Part shown: piece by piece, positions 51,719-64,000 of the stretch
Layout of the letters: each line of letters begins with the position of its first letter
Position numbering within the stretch: position 1 is the first letter of the stretch
From: Octopus vulgaris
Taxonomy: Eukaryota
Direction of reading: 5' to 3'
Length of the DNA: 64,000 nt
Assembly (NCBI GenBank): GCA_951406725.2
Contig: OX597817.1
Coordinates: 112,964,001 to 113,028,000 of the forward strand
The notes under the pieces: model-generated
What the model was told of the DNA's origin: nothing
Seen by the model: only the letters and a program-made list of their open reading frames with translations
Database searches by the model: none
Translations under genes and position numbers: made by a program

Positions 51719-54700
51719 GAGGCCTACCACACGCCGATGATAGGCAATACACCTTGAAACCATGGTCCGTGTGTGGTTTCCGCTTCATCGGGGAATTACC
51801 TCCCTTTGCAGGTTTAGGGCACCGTGACGGTGTCGAGCCTTTCTGGTGACGTCGATGTTCGCCTGGGGCTAAATGCAACAGTAACACCCCCACCACCCTG
51901 CCCTGTCCCTAGCCATATTCAGATGGCTTTAGTCCCTTATGTTGTCGAGCAGTTACTGTCTATATTCCTTTTAGAGAATTATTATTGCTTTCGAACAGAT
52001 TTTCGAAATCAGCAAATTTATTTTGCTTGAAAATCTATATAAGAAAATCCTGCAGAGAGAGAATTCGTCGAGGAAGCGGAGGCCTACCACACGCCGATGA
52101 TAGGCAATACACCTTGAAACCATGGTCCGTGTGTGGTTTCCGCTTCATCGGGGAATTACCTCCCTTTGCAGGTTTAGGGCACCGTGACGGTGTCGAGCCT
52201 TTCTGGTGACGTCGATGTTCGCCTGGGGCTAAATGCAACAGTAACACCCCCACCACCCTGCCCTGTCCCTAGCCATATTCAGATGGCTTTAGTCCCTTAT
52301 GTTGTCGAGCAGTTACTGTCTATATTCCTTTTAGAGAATTATTATTGCTTTCGAACAGATTTTCGAAATCAGCAAATTTATTTTGCTTGAAAATCTATAT
52401 AAGAAAATCCTGCAGAGAGAGAATTCGTCGAGGAAGCGGAGGCCTACCACACGCCGATGATAGGCAATACACCTTGAAACCATGGTCCGTGTGTGGTTTC
52501 CGCTTCATCGGGGAATTACCTCCCTTTGCAGGTTTAGGGCACCGTGACGGTGTCGAGCCTTTCTGGTGACGTCGATGTTCGCCTGGGGCTAAATGCAACC
52601 GTAACACCCCCACCACCCTGCCCTGTCCCTAGCCATATTCAGATGGCTTTAGTCCCTTATGTTGTCGAGCAGTTACTGTCTATATTCCTTTTAGAGAATT
52701 ATTATTGCTTTCGAACAGATTTTCGAAATCAGCAAATTTATTTTGCTTGAAAATCTATATAAGAAAATCCTGCAGAGAGAATTCGTCGAGGAAGCGGAGG
52801 CCTACCACACGCCGATGATAGGCAATACACCTTGAAACCATGGTCCGTGTGTGGTTTCCGCTTCATCGGGGAATTACCTCCCTTTGCAGGTTTAGGGCAC
52901 CGTGACGGTGTCGAGCCTTTCTGGTGACGTCGATGTTCGCCTGGGGCTAAATGCAACAGTAACACCCCCACCACCCTGCCCTGTCCCTAGCCATATTCAG
53001 ATGGCTTTAGTCCCTTATGTTGTCGAGCAGTTACTGTCTATATTCCTTTTAGAGAATTATTATTGCTTTCGAACAGATTTTCGAAATCAGCAAATTTATT
53101 TTGCTTGAAAATCTATATAAGAAAATCCTGCAGAGAGAGAATTCGTCGAGGAAGCGGAGGCCTACCACACGCCGATGATAGGCAATACACCTTGAAACCA
53201 TGGTCCGTGTGTGGTTTCCGCTTCATCGGGGAATTACCTCCCTTTGCAGGTTTAGGGCACCGTGACGGTGTCGAGCCTTTCTGGTGACGTCGATGTTCGC
53301 CTGGGGCTAAATGCAACAGTAACACCCCCACCACCCTGCCCTGTCCCTAGCCATATTCAGATGGCTTTAGTCCCTTATGTTGTCGAGCAGTTACTGTCTA
53401 TATTCCTTTTAGAGAATTATTATTGCTTTCGAACAGATTTTCGAAATCAGCAAATTTATTTTGCTTGAAAATCTATATAAGAAAATCCTGCAGAGAGAGA
53501 ATTCGTCGAGGAAGCGGAGGCCTACCACACGCCGATGATAGGCAATACACCTTGAAACCATGGTCCGTGTGTGGTTTCCGCTTCATCGGGGAATTACCTC
53601 CCTTTGCAGGTTTAGGGCACCGTGACGGTGTCGAGCCTTTCTGGTGACGTCGATGTTCGCCTGGGGCTAAATGCAACAGTAACACCCCCACCACCCTGCC
53701 TGTCCCTAGCCATATTCAGATGGCTTTAGTCCCTTATGTTGTCGAGCAGTTACTGTCTATATTCCTTTTAGAGAATTATTATTGCTTTCGAACAGATTTT
53801 CGAAATCAGCAAATTTATTTTGCTTGAAAATCTATATAAGAAAATCCTGCAGAGAGAATTCGTCGAGGAAGCGGAGGCCTACCACACGCCGATGATAGGC
53901 AATACACCTTGAAACCATGGTCCGTGTGTGGTTTCCGCTTCATCGGGGAATTACCTCCCTTTGCAGGTTTAGGGCACCGTGACGGTGTCGAGCCTTTCTG
54001 GTGACGTCGATGTTCGCCTGGGGCTAAATGCAACAGTAACACCCCCACCACCCTGCCCTGTCCCTAGCCATATTCAGATGGCTTTAGTCCCTTATGTTGT
54101 CGAGCAGTTACTGTCTATATTCCTTTTAGAGAATTATTATTGCTTTCGAACAGATTTTCGAAATCAGCAAATTTATTTTGCTTGAAAATCTATATAAGAA
54201 AATCCTGCAGAGAGAGAATTCGTCGAGGAAGCGGAGGCCTACCACACGCCGATGATAGGCAATACACCTTGAAACCATGGTCCGTGTGTGGTTTCCGCTT
54301 CATCGGGGAATTACCTCCCTTTGCAGGTTTAGGGCACCGTGACGGTGTCGAGCCTTTCTGGTGACGTCGATGTTCGCCTGGGGCTAAATGCAACAGTAAC
54401 ACCCCCACCACCCTGCCCTGTCCCTAGCCATATTCAGATGGCTTTAGTCCCTTATGTTGTCGAGCAGTTACTGTCTATATTCCTTTTAGAGAATTATTAT
54501 TGCTTTCGAACAGATTTTCGAAATCAGCAAATTTATTTTGCTTGAAAATCTATATAAGAAAATCCTGCAGAGAGAGAATTCGTCGAGGAAGCGGAGGCCT
54601 ACCACACGCCGATGATAGGCAATACACCTTGAAACCATGGTCCGTGTGTGGTTTCCGCTTCATCGGGGAATTACCTCCCTTTGCAGGTTTAGGGCACCGT

Positions 54701-55898
54701 GACGGTGTCGAGCCTTTCTGGTGACGTCGATGTTCGCCTGGGGCTAAATGCAACAGTAACACCCCCACCACCCTGCCCTGTCCCTAGCCATATTCAGATG
54801 GCTTTAGTCCCTTATGTTGTCGAGCAGTTACTGTCTATATTCCTTTTAGAGAATTATTATTGCTTTCGAACAGATTTTCGAAATCAGCAAATTTATTTTG
54901 CTTGAAAATCTATATAAGAAAATCCTGCAGAGAGAGAATTCGTCGAGGAAGCGGAGGCCTACCACACGCCGATGATAGGCAATACACCTTGAAACCATGG
55001 TCCGTGTGTGGTTTCCGCTTCATCGGGGAATTACCTCCCTTTGCAGGTTTAGGGCACCGTGACGGTGTCGAGCCTTTCTGGTGACGTCGATGTTCGCCTG
55101 GGGCTAAATGCAACAGTAACACCCCCACCACCCTGCCCTGTCCCTAGCCATATTCAGATGGCTTTAGTCCCTTATGTTGTCGAGCAGTTACTGTCTATAT
55201 TCCTTTTAGAGAATTATTATTGCTTTCGAACAGATTTTCGAAATCAGCAAATTTATTTTGCTTGAAAATCTATATAAGAAAATCCTGCAGAGAGAGAATT
55301 CGTCGAGGAAGCGGAGGCCTACCACACGCCGATGATAGGCAATACACCTTGAAACCATGGTCCGTGTGTGGTTTCCGCTTCATCGGGGAATTACCTCCCT
55401 TTGCAGGTTTAGGGCACCGTGACGGTGTCGAGCCTTTCTGGTGACGTCGATGTTCGCCTGGGGCTAAATGCAACAGTAACACCCCCACCACCCTGCCCTG
55501 TCCCTAGCCATATTCAGATGGCTTTAGTCCCTTATGTTGTCGAGCAGTTACTGTCTATATTCCTTTTAGAGAATTATTATTGCTTTCGAACAGATTTTCG
55601 AAATCAGCAAATTTATTTTGCTTGAAAATCTATATAAGAAAATCCTGCAGAGAGAGAATTCGTCGAGGAAGCGGAGGCCTACCACACGCCGATGATAGGC
55701 AATACACCTTGAAACCATGGTCCGTGTGTGGTTTCCGCTTCATCGGGGAATTACCTCCCTTTGCAGGTTTAGGGCACCGTGACGGTGTCGAGCCTTTCTG
55801 GTGACGTCGATGTTCGCCTGGGGCTAAATGCAACAGTAACACCCCCACCACCCTGCCCTGTCCCTAGCCATATTCAGATGGCTTTAGTCCCTTATGTT
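51719..55898 (+). repeat. 360-bp tandem array, right arm, inverted (~11.6 units; hammerhead on plus strand)
   Basis: Reverse complement of the left-arm unit. Differences noticed: A>C at 52600, 2-bp deletions at ~52775 and ~53855, and a 1-bp deletion at ~53700. Ends in (AT)n at 55899-55920. Confidence 0.97.
51728..51773 (+). ncRNA. Type I hammerhead ribozyme (first of 12 right-arm copies)
   Basis: CACACG-CCGATGA-T-AGG(CAATACA)CCT-T-GAAA-CC(AT)GG-TC^CGTGTG: 6-bp stem I, stem II, palindromic stem III and GUC triplet. Predicted cleavage after 51767. Confidence 0.8.
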
Positions 55899-58800
55899 AT
55901 ATATATATATATATATATATAAAGAGAAAGAGGAAGAGCAAGATAACTTGCTTACTGTGTGCACGTATACACACACACATACAATTAGCAAATTGTGGTA
56001 CTCGTGACAGAGATTAAAAAGGTGATGCAGTTGATCAGTGGGCCAGTTGTTGTAGAGTGAGTGTTGCTGGTTGAAAGCATGCTAATTTGTCAGCTTATTC
56101 TGTGAATGTTGTCTTGAAGTTATGTGTGTCCATGTAGTGGTATGCCATCTCAAATAATAAAGCAATAGTGTAGTGATGTAGGAAGTGTTGGGGTTTCTTA
56201 TTACGTATGTAAGTAAGGTGATAATTTAATTTGTATTTTCCTGTTTGATATCCATCAAAAAAAAAAAGAAAATTTGCTAAATAGTTGATTGGCGTTGTGA
56301 AAGTAGAGTATGAGTCATCAATAACAAATGTAGACCACTCTACTGGTTAATGGAACATTCTGGAAAGTGACTGTCAATCAAAAGTATTGGCTAGTGTACA
56401 GAAGATAGATAGATGGTGATGGCAGTATGAAGGAGTAGCATGTATGTTTAGTCAGTAAATAAATAAATCCAAAGGCCTGATGCTAGTGATAGAAAGCCAA
56501 AGATGATATAGACCGAAATGATTAGATGGAATAATTGAATAACATCTCAAGTCATTATGCCTGACAAATGAGATGAATGTGTGTGTATGTGTGTTTATGC
56601 ACACAGGCATAAACATATCTCTAGCTTGCAAATATATTTTCTCATCATTCCTTTAAAAAAATCTGCTATTTATGTAGAGTATATCCTAGTTAGTTGCACT
56701 CTCACTTTCCTCTCACTTTCCTCCTTTGCAGTGAAAGTATGTCTGTTTAAAACATACATTACAAAGGGAATCTGAGTATGACAAATCAGACCAATGAGAG
56801 AATCTCTACGTGATTGATCTGCTAGAAAATAGCAACCAAATTTCCTTCATATCAGCCTCTGCTGTTTTAAAATAGAAGCATCCTCCTCATCATCATCATC
56901 GTTTAACGTCTGCTTTCCATGTTAGCATGGGTTGGATAATTTGACTGAGGGCTGGCGAATCAGATGGCTGCAGTAAGGCGATGCTGGTAATGATCAAGCT
57001 CAAATGGTGCCTTTTACATGCCACCGGCACGGAAGCCAGTTAGCCGCTCTGGCAACAATCACGCTCAGATGGTGCTCTTAGCACCCTACTAGCACGGGGC
57101 TCAAGTGCCAGTAAGGTGATGCTGGTAAGGATCACACTCGAATGGTGCCTTTTATGTGTCACTGGCACCGAAGCCGGTTAGCCACTCTGTCAGCAATCAC
57201 ACTCGTATGGTGCTCTTTGCACCCCGCTAGCACAGATGCCTGTGATCGATTTTGATTTGGATTTGGATTTCACTTGCCTCAACAGGTCTTCGCATTATAA
57301 TATGTGGTTCTTGATATGCAAAAGACTGTCTTTGACCATTGATCTGCTGGATGAAAATTAACTAGAAACTAAACAACCACAACAACAAACATGACAAAAT
57401 ATGTGCAAAATGCATAAGTAACTTAGAAAAATACATACTTTAATTAGTACTTGCTGTGTACCAGTCTTTTCTATCTTATTCTGTTCATTGGTTTATATCT
57501 TGAAATGTTGGAACCCATTTTTCTGTACTTCATCTCATAAAGGTCTCTTTTAAATTCCTGTAATAACTACCCAGATTACCTTCTCTTCAATATTTCCAAA
57601 GTGATCAAGACCCCTCTTGAAATATCTTGAATCTCATACCTTTTGATGTGAGATATAACAGAGGTGTTTGCTTCCACACAACATGACAAAGTACTCCAAC
57701 TGTAGATAAGCACTGAGAAAACAAAGTTCTACCTTTGAATATTTGAAAATTCTCAGTTTAAGTTCAGCAAATGAACCACCTTGTAAATTTCTATTTGTAT
57801 AAACTATCCCTGGAACTAATTGCTTCCCCTCTTCTCTCCATGAACTTATGAATTTATCGAATCTGACTGATTTTTTTTCCTTTCATCAATAACTTTTTAT
57901 TAATTAAACTAACATTCTGGCATTAAAACTATTTACTCTCATCCCTTATTTTCTAATTCCACATTCTGAACTCTCTTAACTTCAATATCTCCATCTAACT
58001 TTTGCCGTCTATCTTTTCTTATCATTACTTCATCATCATCATCGTTTAACATCCATTTTCCACGCTAGCACGGGTTAAACAGTTCGACCGGGGTCTGGGA
58101 AGCCAGGAGGCTGCACCAGGCTCCAGTCTGATCTGGCAGTGTTTATACAGCTGGATGCCCTTCCTAACGCCAACCACTCCGTGAGTGTAGTGGTGCTTTT
58201 TACGTGCCACCGGCACAGGTGCCAGGAGAGTCTGGCAGCGGCCACAATCAATTGGTGCTTTTAACGTACCACTGGTACGGAAGCCAGTCAAGGCGGCGCT
58301 GGCATCGGCCACATTCGGATGGTGCTTTTTACGTGCCACCAGCACAGAAGCCAGTCAAGGCGGCGCTGGCATCGGCCACGTTCGGAAGGTGCTTTTTATG
58401 TGCCACCGGCACAGGTATCACAACTACTATTTCCATTGATATTTATTTCGATGTTCATGTACTTGACTCAATAGGTCTCCTCAAGCACAGCGGGTTGTTC
58501 TGAAATCCAAGGTACTTTGAATGGGCTAGGGCTATGTGGAGCTGGTGCAGGAAGCAGCCCGGGTCTTTGCAGTCACAGCATATCTCCAGAGATCTCGGTC
58601 CTTCATCATTGCCTAAAGAAATTGTACCATTTATCACTTCTCATGGACAGCTCCCAATTTCAAGTGCCTCATTCACTTCATATTTCAAGATCTCAATTTT
58701 ATTTTCATGCTGATTAAAAACTTTATTTTTTTATGTTTGTGTCCATAAATTAATAATTGCTTTTAGATTTAAATAATAAATATTGACATTCATAATGTAG

Positions 58801-61439
58801 TCTCTTTATGCTTTGGGATGTGAATATAATTGTGGCTGTCATATCAGTAAGGATGTGAATCATATTGCCACATATTGTAGTGTACTTAAACTAGATGCTT
58901 TCCAATGCATTGCTGGCTCACTCAGGTTTGTCTATTTAAATGTTGCCAATATTTGGCTTGGCTTTTCATCTCTCTTGGTTCAATAAAATACTTACCAGGA
59001 ATGTACTGATTTTGATATAAACATGTTTTTACATCATTGTATAGCACGCTATATAAACATGTAATGATACATTTTGTGCCAGAGCATGTATAACTGCAAG
59101 TAAAAGTTTTATAGATGGATATGTTTTATAATAACAACCTCATATCAATGCTATCATCTTTAAATGCAACTATCCAGCCATCTCTATTCTTATCTATCCC
59201 TCTGCCTTTGTGTATGTGTGTGCATCTGTGATTAATATGTATATAATGATAAATTGCAAGAGGGAAAGAGAGAGGAGAGAGATGAAGGATATGCAGGGCA
59301 TTTGGGTAGGGGAGTAGATATAGTTAGTGTATGTTAGAAGCTAGGTAACAAACCTACACTAAAGAAATATTTTGCAAACTGGATATTACTTTGCATTAAA
59401 AGAATTTGCTCTTCCTTGTCTTTGAAGTTAAACTGGTAGAGATAAGTACAATTGATACTTTTCTTCCGTCATTTTGTTTCCGACCTGTTGTTTACTATGT
59501 TCCAGAACACTGAGATAATCTATTGCTATTAGAGAAAGGCTTCAGTTTTAGTATTTTTGCTATTATAAGAAGAATATTCCATTCTTAGAAAGTAAACAGA
59601 AAGAAGACTTTGATGAAGCAAAACTAAGACAAAATTATCATTAAAAATAGAATCCATCATTACCCATTGGAGAGACTGGTTTCTCTGCTTGGTGTTGCCA
59701 TACAATGTTATCAGAAATATTACAATTTTTAGTTATTCATGATTAGACAACCAATTTTGGTGAAAGGTTTTAGGTTCAGTAGTTTTCATTATGGTGATAT
59801 TGACCTATAAATCTTCCTTACCCATGGACTTGTTTGAAGTGGAACATTTGATGATACACGCTTAAGTTTAACCTTATGCATAGTGTTAATGAGATCTAAA
59901 AAAATATACCTTATGTAAGATTTTTAACATTTGGAAATACATTTTATATTTCAAACCAAACTGATCTCTGAAAAAAAAGGAAGAAATTCATAAGTCATTA
60001 AATAAAAGTTAAGGGTCTAAGAATGCTAGCATGATTGATATAAATAATATATTCTTTTAACCATGTCAAAATTTTGCATGGTAGTATTTTTTAACCTATG
60101 TATTACGGTACAATATACATTCAAGTAAATTTTGGGTTAATATATCTCTTTTTAATTGTTTCCTCTTATCAACTATTGGAACAGTTCCAATGCTTTGCTA
60201 AAATATTACTAGAGATCAAAGCATTTCAAAATGTACCCTGAAATTTGTTTCATACTTCATTAACAAGTCTGTCTCTTTCAATAGATTTTATTTATATTTC
60301 AGTACATAAGAGTTGCAGTAAATGAATAGTCAAAGTGTCAAAACCTAATTCTATTCATTTAAGGCTCTAGTTCTGTCTGAAGCATTGTATTTTGAATTTG
60401 GTCAATACATTTTGTTCTTTTAAATGAAATGCAGTATCATTTTGCTTTTAGAGTGGCATTTTACAACAAAATGCTTTGCGTATGAAAAGCATTTTGTTGT
60501 AAAATGCCAAACTTACCATATCTATATTTAATATAAAAATTAGATCTAGAAATATCCTTTTGTTTTTAGCTGCTTAATGTAGTGTTAAGCCGAAAATCTG
60601 TATTGGAAATCCATACAATAGGGAAACAGTCAGCATTAGATTGAAGATAATGTACTGAGATGCTCCTTTTAGTAACTAGCAGCAAGTTGTGTATAAGTGA
60701 GTTGAAGCAATGACAATGTGTGTTCATGTGGTAATATGCATTGCATTCAAGAGCGATAACAACTACTGTTTGTGACAGTATTAGAGAATAAAGCAAGAGT
60801 TTTCAGTGGATAGAGGTGATTTAAAGGAGATGGGAAATGAGTTAGCTAGTTGAACTTTACATATGTGTCTGTAATGTTTTCAAATATTTTTATAAGAAGT
60901 ATCAGGTGTGAGGGATATTTTCTTAATTAAAAATTAAAATGAAGTCTACATGTTAAAGACAAATTTTCTGACTGAAAAGAATTTTGAATATAGCACAAAT
61001 GACTTTCTTACCTACAATTTCCTACTTTTTGGTTGGAAATATTGTATACTAATCAGATTTAACTATTTAATTTTTAAAATGAAGAGAAAAGACTAAATAT
61101 ATTTTCAAATTGAGACTAATGTCTATATTCTGAAATTTCACTATAGTCAGCAGAGGTTAAAAAGCTGAGTGGTTAAGGTATTGTACCTCCAACTCATAGA
61201 TCATTAGTTCAAATCTACCTCATAAATCTGGTCATGTCTACATTATTGCAATTCATCTAGCTTTTAAGACCCAATATCACATCATATGGGAATATTATCT
61301 CTGATAGACAAATTGCTTATACCTCTTCTGTTTAATTCCATGAGATTGAAGCTAAAGCAAGACGCTTAAAAACCTCTGCAAGATCAGCAGGCTTATACAT
61401 TTGTATTAATGTTGTTAGAATATTTTGATTCTTTATTGT

Positions 61440-62570
61440 TTGATATAATAAATTCTGCATTTAATACCTATGTAAAAAAAAAACTTCAAATCTAATTTGA
61501 CTGTTGTGTAAATCAATGACATATTGTCTGAAAATCATTTGCTATACCTATGAAAGAATCAGTTCCATACCTACGAAAGAATCTTGTGAAAGTTTCAAAA
61601 ACTAGTATTAAGCTTTCTAGATTTTAATGCTTAGAATCCTAAACATTGCTATCATATAAATGATTTTTTTTTAAATCAAGAAGACTGAGTGACTGTATAG
61701 ACAAGAGGTTTTATAACCTCTATCTAATTCTATAGCTTGCTCAGTATATGTTTTTAAAGTGGTCACCACCTTTTCTTATATTTACAATAGCATGTCTACA
61801 GTGAAGATGGTGCAACCTTGTCTGTTTAATTAAAGAAGTTCTCTTCACAACTATATTTTTCTAGGTTTGATTGTCTTGGACGAGTGCTTTCTACCACAGT
61901 CATAGTTAACTAATTCTTTGTGAGTGCAATTTAGTCAACAGGAATAGGAAAAAAGAATATTTTATTGCACAATTCAATATTTGTTCTATTAGTAAGAACT
62001 AATATAGCTTGAGAGTTCTTTGATTTAAAAGATTACCATTTTTCACCTGATCATAACTATAGCAAGATATTAACCAGGAATTGTGTTAAGGTTAGCTATT
62101 CAGAATTTCAGTTGTTAAGCTAAATGAAAAAGACAAACAGCTGGCCAATATCAATCATGTTACTTCAGAATTCAGGAGAATTGTCCATTTGATGGTAACT
62201 GTTTCGCAAAGTTGATAATGTACTGTGCGGAATTAGAAACAAGCAACAGAGATGAACCTAAAAATATATATTGCAGCACCTGAATTGGCATTCAAAGATT
62301 TATTGTTTTAAGCAGTAGATGAAAGTGCACTATAGCATTGTTGAAATTTATATGGTTCTTAAGTTTTCAAGGATTTCAAAATTACCTGATCAATTGTAGA
62401 TAAGGTGCAACTCTACTGGAATGGCAGCTTCAAATCCAAAATGTGGTATGATATTTGTTTCAATGAAAAATTAAGAATTGCATTTCCACAAAGTTGGAGT
62501 TTGAACAAAAGAACTGAATTATTATCGCCTTGTATCCATGAAGTTAGATATCTTTTGCATAAGTACTAGC
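61440..62570 (+). mobile_element. Decayed Penelope-like element fragment (RT end + GIY-YIG endonuclease)
   Basis: Ordered residual peptides KVSYS, CPFDGNC, KIYIAAPELAFK (YIG region) and YDICFNEKLRI...LNKRTELLSPCIH...LL. Many stops and frameshifts; the 5' boundary is uncertain. Confidence 0.65.
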
Positions 62571-63309
62571 CTCTTTGACTTCTGACGTGGTTTGGAGAAA
62601 AAATGTTGATAGTGTTTGTACAATATTGTAAATATATTCAAACAACAGTTAATTCAAAAGAAAACAGTTTGGGATTACAGGCTGAAAGAACAGAAACAAA
62701 AAATGCTGATTACAAGCAATTATGAGCCTTTTCATTGCACTGAGTTCTATAATTTAACAGTTCTTGATGAATCAATAAGAAAATAAAACAATTAAAACAA
62801 GATAGGCTTCCTCCATTCAAATTAGTGCCTTAAAATCTCAGTATACTAGCTACCTTGTTTATATCTGTCTCACCTGCCATGTGAGAATCTTTGATATTTT
62901 GTAACACTTAACCCTAGGCTGCATAAAGATAATTTTATGTTTTATTTTTTATAATATCATTTAAATTCTCAATATTATTATGGTTAACAGCATACAAACA
63001 ATTGTAGCACATGATAAAGTAGATGGTTGAGGTTTATGATCATAAATACAAAATTAGTTTAGACACTCTATAAAAGCACAGTTTCAGCAGTTCTATGTGT
63101 GTGTGTGTCCGAGTGTTCGTCCATCCATTCATTTGAAAGGCTTCTGTATAGTTCCATCTCCCAAATTTCACCCACAAGTCTTTGGTCATCCTGTGGCAAT
63201 GGTAGAAAGCACTTGCTCAATGTTACTAAGAGAGAGAGACAACCTTAGAGTCACTTAACTGAAAGCCAAACTTCTTAACTACACTCTGAACAAGAAAACT
63301 AATCTGAAA

Positions 63310-64000
63310 TAATTCTGTTATTATTTACTTTTTTAATACTTTTCTTTTTACTAGACACAAATCAAAATTTAGTAATGAAGAGGCTAGTTAGTTGGGATAA
63401 CTCAGATAACTTAGATTGGTTTCAGCCGTTATTGGCCCAGGCCATAGCTAACTCAATAGCACCACCTGGAAAAGTCTTTTAACAGGACACCATGGACCAC
63501 TCAAGCAGAGAGTTGTTGTTGGCAGAGATGTATACAGGTGTAGGAATTTGTCCAGGTACTGTTTGAAATTGTGGAGTCTTTTTTTACTTTAATTTCTTTC
63601 GGGATAACATTGCAAAGAGCAGGACCATTTGCAGTGAAGAAATTGTGCCACAATGTTTTTATGTGATGTGATCTCAACCTTTGTAGGGGACACATTGCAC
63701 AGGGGCCTAGTTTTGGGTGAAACATAATACCACTATCATTTGGATATTGGTGGAATATTTTCCACATGGTGCAAATAATGCATCCTTTTGGCAGCATTGC
63801 AGAGAATAGAGTATCAGCTGTATAAGTGTAGCCCAATAATCAAGTCCCATCATGCCATTTTTTTTTTTATATTATTTTTTTAGTGATTGATCTTTGTGGT
63901 GTTTCAATCCTCATTATGTCTTGTTTTTCGTAGGGGGACCACAATGGGCAGCAGTATTCAAAGTGGGGGCCTAGCGAATGTGGAGAAGGATGATAGTTTC
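63310..64000 (-). mobile_element. 3' end of a decayed CR1-clade LINE (runs off the window)
   Basis: Minus strand reads approximately FARPHFEYCCPLWSP (cf. RPHLEYC..WSP), followed by HNFFTANGPALCNVIP. Confidence 0.7.

Noticed and set aside
48592-55851. Repeated 68-78 aa ORFs in the 360-bp array, and the 125-aa junction ORF
   Set aside because: They are short, overlap on both strands, mostly start at non-ATG codons and have no recognisable domain. RNA structure explains the unit better.
48499-55898. CRISPR array or 5S/tRNA/snRNA gene cluster
   Set aside because: The units are wholly identical with no unique spacers, and I recognise no 5S, tRNA or snRNA sequence in them.
56490-56530. Possible degenerate hammerhead (CCAAAGATG...ACCGAAATG)
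   Set aside because: The core is too diverged and the stems do not pair.

Overview
This is AT-rich, microsatellite-dense metazoan DNA; its SINE repertoire resembles Octopus (inferred, not verified). I recognise no host protein-coding exon. Recognisable elements are an intact Tc1-superfamily DD37E (TRT-type) transposon (1146-2746), a 5'-truncated Tx1/L1-clade LINE in an (AAT)n tract (7335-11587), decayed RTE, CR1 and Penelope-like (GIY-YIG) fragments, a U6 snRNA pseudogene, tRNA-derived SINEs, and hAT, piggyBac-like and Helitron-like non-autonomous elements. The standout is a 7.4-kb array (48499-55898) of near-identical 360-bp non-coding units. About 9 units lie in one orientation and about 11.6 in the opposite, between (TA)n tracts. 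Each unit carries a predicted type I hammerhead ribozyme (variant core CCGAUGA...GAAA-CCAUGG-UC) on a long rod-like stem, suggesting a young retrozyme-like element copied from a circular RNA. Older, sequence-unrelated hammerhead-bearing inverted repeats with the same outward-facing polarity occur at about 7.05-11.75 kb and 24.2-25.1 kb, with solo hammerhead motifs at about 35.2 and 41.4 kb. All structures were folded by eye; no ribozyme activity has been tested.
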